Assembly (NCBI GenBank): GCA_039621445.1
Contig: CP154954.1
Location: forward strand, 35,263,703-35,327,702
DNA from: Euglena gracilis
Lineage: Eukaryota
Reading direction: 5' to 3'
Length of the DNA stretch: 64,000 bases
A program made the translations under genes and the position numbers. This document shows, piece by piece, positions 62,260 to 64,000 of the stretch (within the stretch, counting starts at the first letter, position 1; every line of letters begins with the position of its first letter). The notes beneath the pieces are model-generated. The model was given only the letters and a program-made list of their open reading frames with translations, had not been told where the DNA came from and made no database searches.

Positions 62260-64000
62260 GGAGGAAGCTCCGCCAGCGCCCGACGTGACGGCAGAACGGG
62301 CACGTCGGGAAACCCGACCATCCCCAGTCGCACCGGTTTACTCGAATCGTGGTGATGCTGAGCAGGAATTTGCTCGAACACCAAGCACGGAATCCGTGAC
62401 TTATCCTGTGTATACAGAAGAAGACCCAGAATACTGGGAATATTGGGACCCATATCGGGCGACGATAGAATGGCTGTCCAACACGAAGGGCAAGGGTAAA
62501 GGAAAAGGCAAGGGTAAGGGTAAAGGTAAAGGCCAGGAGAAAGGTGGGAAAGCCCCATCTGGGAAAGGCGGAAAACCCGCTGGACCAGCTCCAGGCAAAG
62601 GCGGAAAATCTGCCGGACCCCCGACAGGAAAAGGCGGAAAAGCCGCCGACCCTTCGAAAACGAAGGATTACGACGTTAACCAGGTGTTCGACTACCTGGA
62701 TGAGATCTGGCCGAAAATTAAAGAAAATCTTCAGCAGTACACGCGTGCAGGTAACGTCATCCACCGACCACCGGAAGCGGTGCTCGAAGTGGTACAGGAT
62801 CGTATGTACGATCACTGCAAGCGATTTTTCTACAGTTCTGAACTTCATGCATTTGAGGGATACCCTCATTCGAATGAAGTCGTCCTGGACCGGATGCCCG
62901 GTTTCTGGGAGCTGTGGTTCTGGTTGGGATACCCCTGCCAGAACTTCGGCATCTTTACTGACCGAAACGGTCAGTCGTACGTGAACTGTTTGGGAACATG
63001 TCCTGACGATGAAACGTTCGTCGCACAGTTGAAGGAAATCTTCAACCACATGTATTCCGTCAGCGCACTGGGAATCCAGTGGAAGTATTACCCCCTGCCG
63101 GAGAAACTCCAGGTGCAGGCTGCGGTAATGTTCACGAACAACCTCCAAGTATTCTTGGATAGCATGTATGGCATGCTGTTCAAGGTACTGGACGTGGACC
63201 TCGCCTATCCTCAACGATACAAGCTGGAATGCCAGTTTTGCAAAGAGCAACACATTGTTGATTTCTGGGGTTTCGGTGAGCGTGGAAAACCGCCTCCGAC
63301 TGCCGAGAATGCCGGCAGCCCACTGACCAGGAGATTTCTCCTGCATCAGTGCCGAAAGCCCCAGATCGGAACGCAAGATCGAAAGGTGCTGAAACAGCAC
63401 CGGCAGAAAATATTTCTGCTTCAACAATACTGGCACAGGGCGTGGATTACCTACGTCCTGGAGGTGTACATTTATTTCCTGGAGTACATGACCACTGATG
63501 TGAATATTCACAGGAAGTGGTTACCTCGGGGATACACCGAGGAAGAAGCCAGACCGAATGACCAAGACCGACGCAGGATGAACCTGCGGCCGGACTGGTA
63601 CGAGGCCGAAATCGGTCTTCCGAAGCACATGGAAAACCAGTTCGGGAATATCCTGATCTGGGAAGATTTCCAGTCCTTCTACGCAGCAGACGTGGAAAAA
63701 CAGCCACGTTATGCCTTGCCGCTGCCAGCCTTCCTGGAAGACACAGGAGAACGTGGCATGAGCTGGGATCGGCGAATGCAGTGGGAAGACCTCTGCCGTA
63801 ACAACGAGGACGAGCCAGAGCCCTTACCCGGAAGCTGGGTAAGACCGTCATGGCCACCCCCATATCCCAACTCTGACAGGAGCGAAAGTATTAGCTTTTT
63901 CCGCCTGTCAGACGCACAGGGGTGCTACAGAACCGGGGAAGACCCGCGTTCTGCAGCACAGCTACACACAGAGGACTCACCTCCGGAAGCGGAGGAGACG
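62243..64000 (+). CDS. Extra ORF, C-terminal part, about 586 codons and open at the window end; unknown function; absent from the ORF track
   Basis: Manual translation from ATG 62243 (frame open from 62192) shows no stop to 64000: MHVDAEEEAPP...EYWEYWDPY...(KG)8 QEKGGKAPSGKGGKP...DYDVNQVFDYLDEIWPKIKENL...ECQFCKEQH...HQC...WEDLCRNN. Confidence 0.8.
   Translation, partial: MHVDAEEEAPPAPDVTAERARRETRPSPVAPVYSNRGDAEQEFARTPSTESVTYPVYTEEDPEYWEYWDPYRATIEWLSNTKGKGKGKGKGKGKGKGQEKGGKAPSGKGGKPAGPAPGKGGKSAGPPTGKGGKAADPSKTKDYDVNQVFDYLDEIWPKIKENLQQYTRAGNVIHRPPEAVLEVVQDRMYDHCKRFFYSSELHAFEGYPHSNEVVLDRMPGFWELWFWLGYPCQNFGIFTDRNGQSYVNCLGTCPDDETFVAQLKEIFNHMYSVSALGIQWKYYPLPEKLQVQAAVMFTNNLQVFLDSMYGMLFKVLDVDLAYPQRYKLECQFCKEQHIVDFWGFGERGKPPPTAENAGSPLTRRFLLHQCRKPQIGTQDRKVLKQHRQKIFLLQQYWHRAWITYVLEVYIYFLEYMTTDVNIHRKWLPRGYTEEEARPNDQDRRRMNLRPDWYEAEIGLPKHMENQFGNILIWEDFQSFYAADVEKQPRYALPLPAFLEDTGERGMSWDRRMQWEDLCRNNEDEPEPLPGSWVRPSWPPPYPNSDRSESISFFRLSDAQGCYRTGEDPRSAAQLHTEDSPPEAEET

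Larger units (their letters stand above)
53316..64000 (+). mobile_element. Ty3/gypsy (Metaviridae) chromodomain LTR-retrotransposon internal region; no LTR visible; boundaries approximate; 3' end probably beyond the window
   Basis: Domain order Gag-PR-RT-RH-IN-chromodomain, with integrase after RT/RH, is diagnostic of Ty3/gypsy. Including 60831-64000 in the element is inferred from the lack of a PPT/LTR after pol. Confidence 0.9.

Noticed and set aside
62060-63511. 483-aa minus-strand ORF
   Set aside because: It is the antisense shadow of the longer, more protein-like + strand ORF from 62243; for example, its FTFTLTLAFSF stretch is the complement of the KG tract.

Overview
This is eukaryotic, repeat-rich DNA. 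Bases 1-~53,250 are a single satellite family with a 213-bp monomer (~250 copies, very high identity). The array has six orientation switches (~9409, ~9650, ~19804, ~34171, ~35614, ~46493), local higher-order repeats, variant sub-domains and an A-rich interruption at ~44.65 kb. The many 60-118 aa ORFs there are artefacts of the 213 = 71x3 period. From ~53.3 kb to the window end lies a + strand Ty3/gypsy (Metaviridae) chromodomain retrotransposon with no LTR visible. Its Gag has one intact and one degenerate CCHC knuckle around an RS-rich tract. A single in-frame TAG followed by a strong hairpin separates gag from pol, suggesting readthrough. Pol reads protease - ~480-aa insert - RT - RNase H - DDE integrase - chromodomain. 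The insert contains a Dam/DIRS-type N6-adenine DNA methyltransferase-like domain, an unusual cargo and position for a gypsy element. Downstream of pol, behind a polypyrimidine/AG acceptor-like site, is a large extra sense ORF that runs off the window and is missing from the ORF track; it has (KG)8 and histone-tail-like GKGGK repeats. Several 1-2 nt frameshifts, some in homopolymers, look like long-read consensus errors. Some orientation switches may be assembly artefacts. All domain calls are by eye, without database searches.
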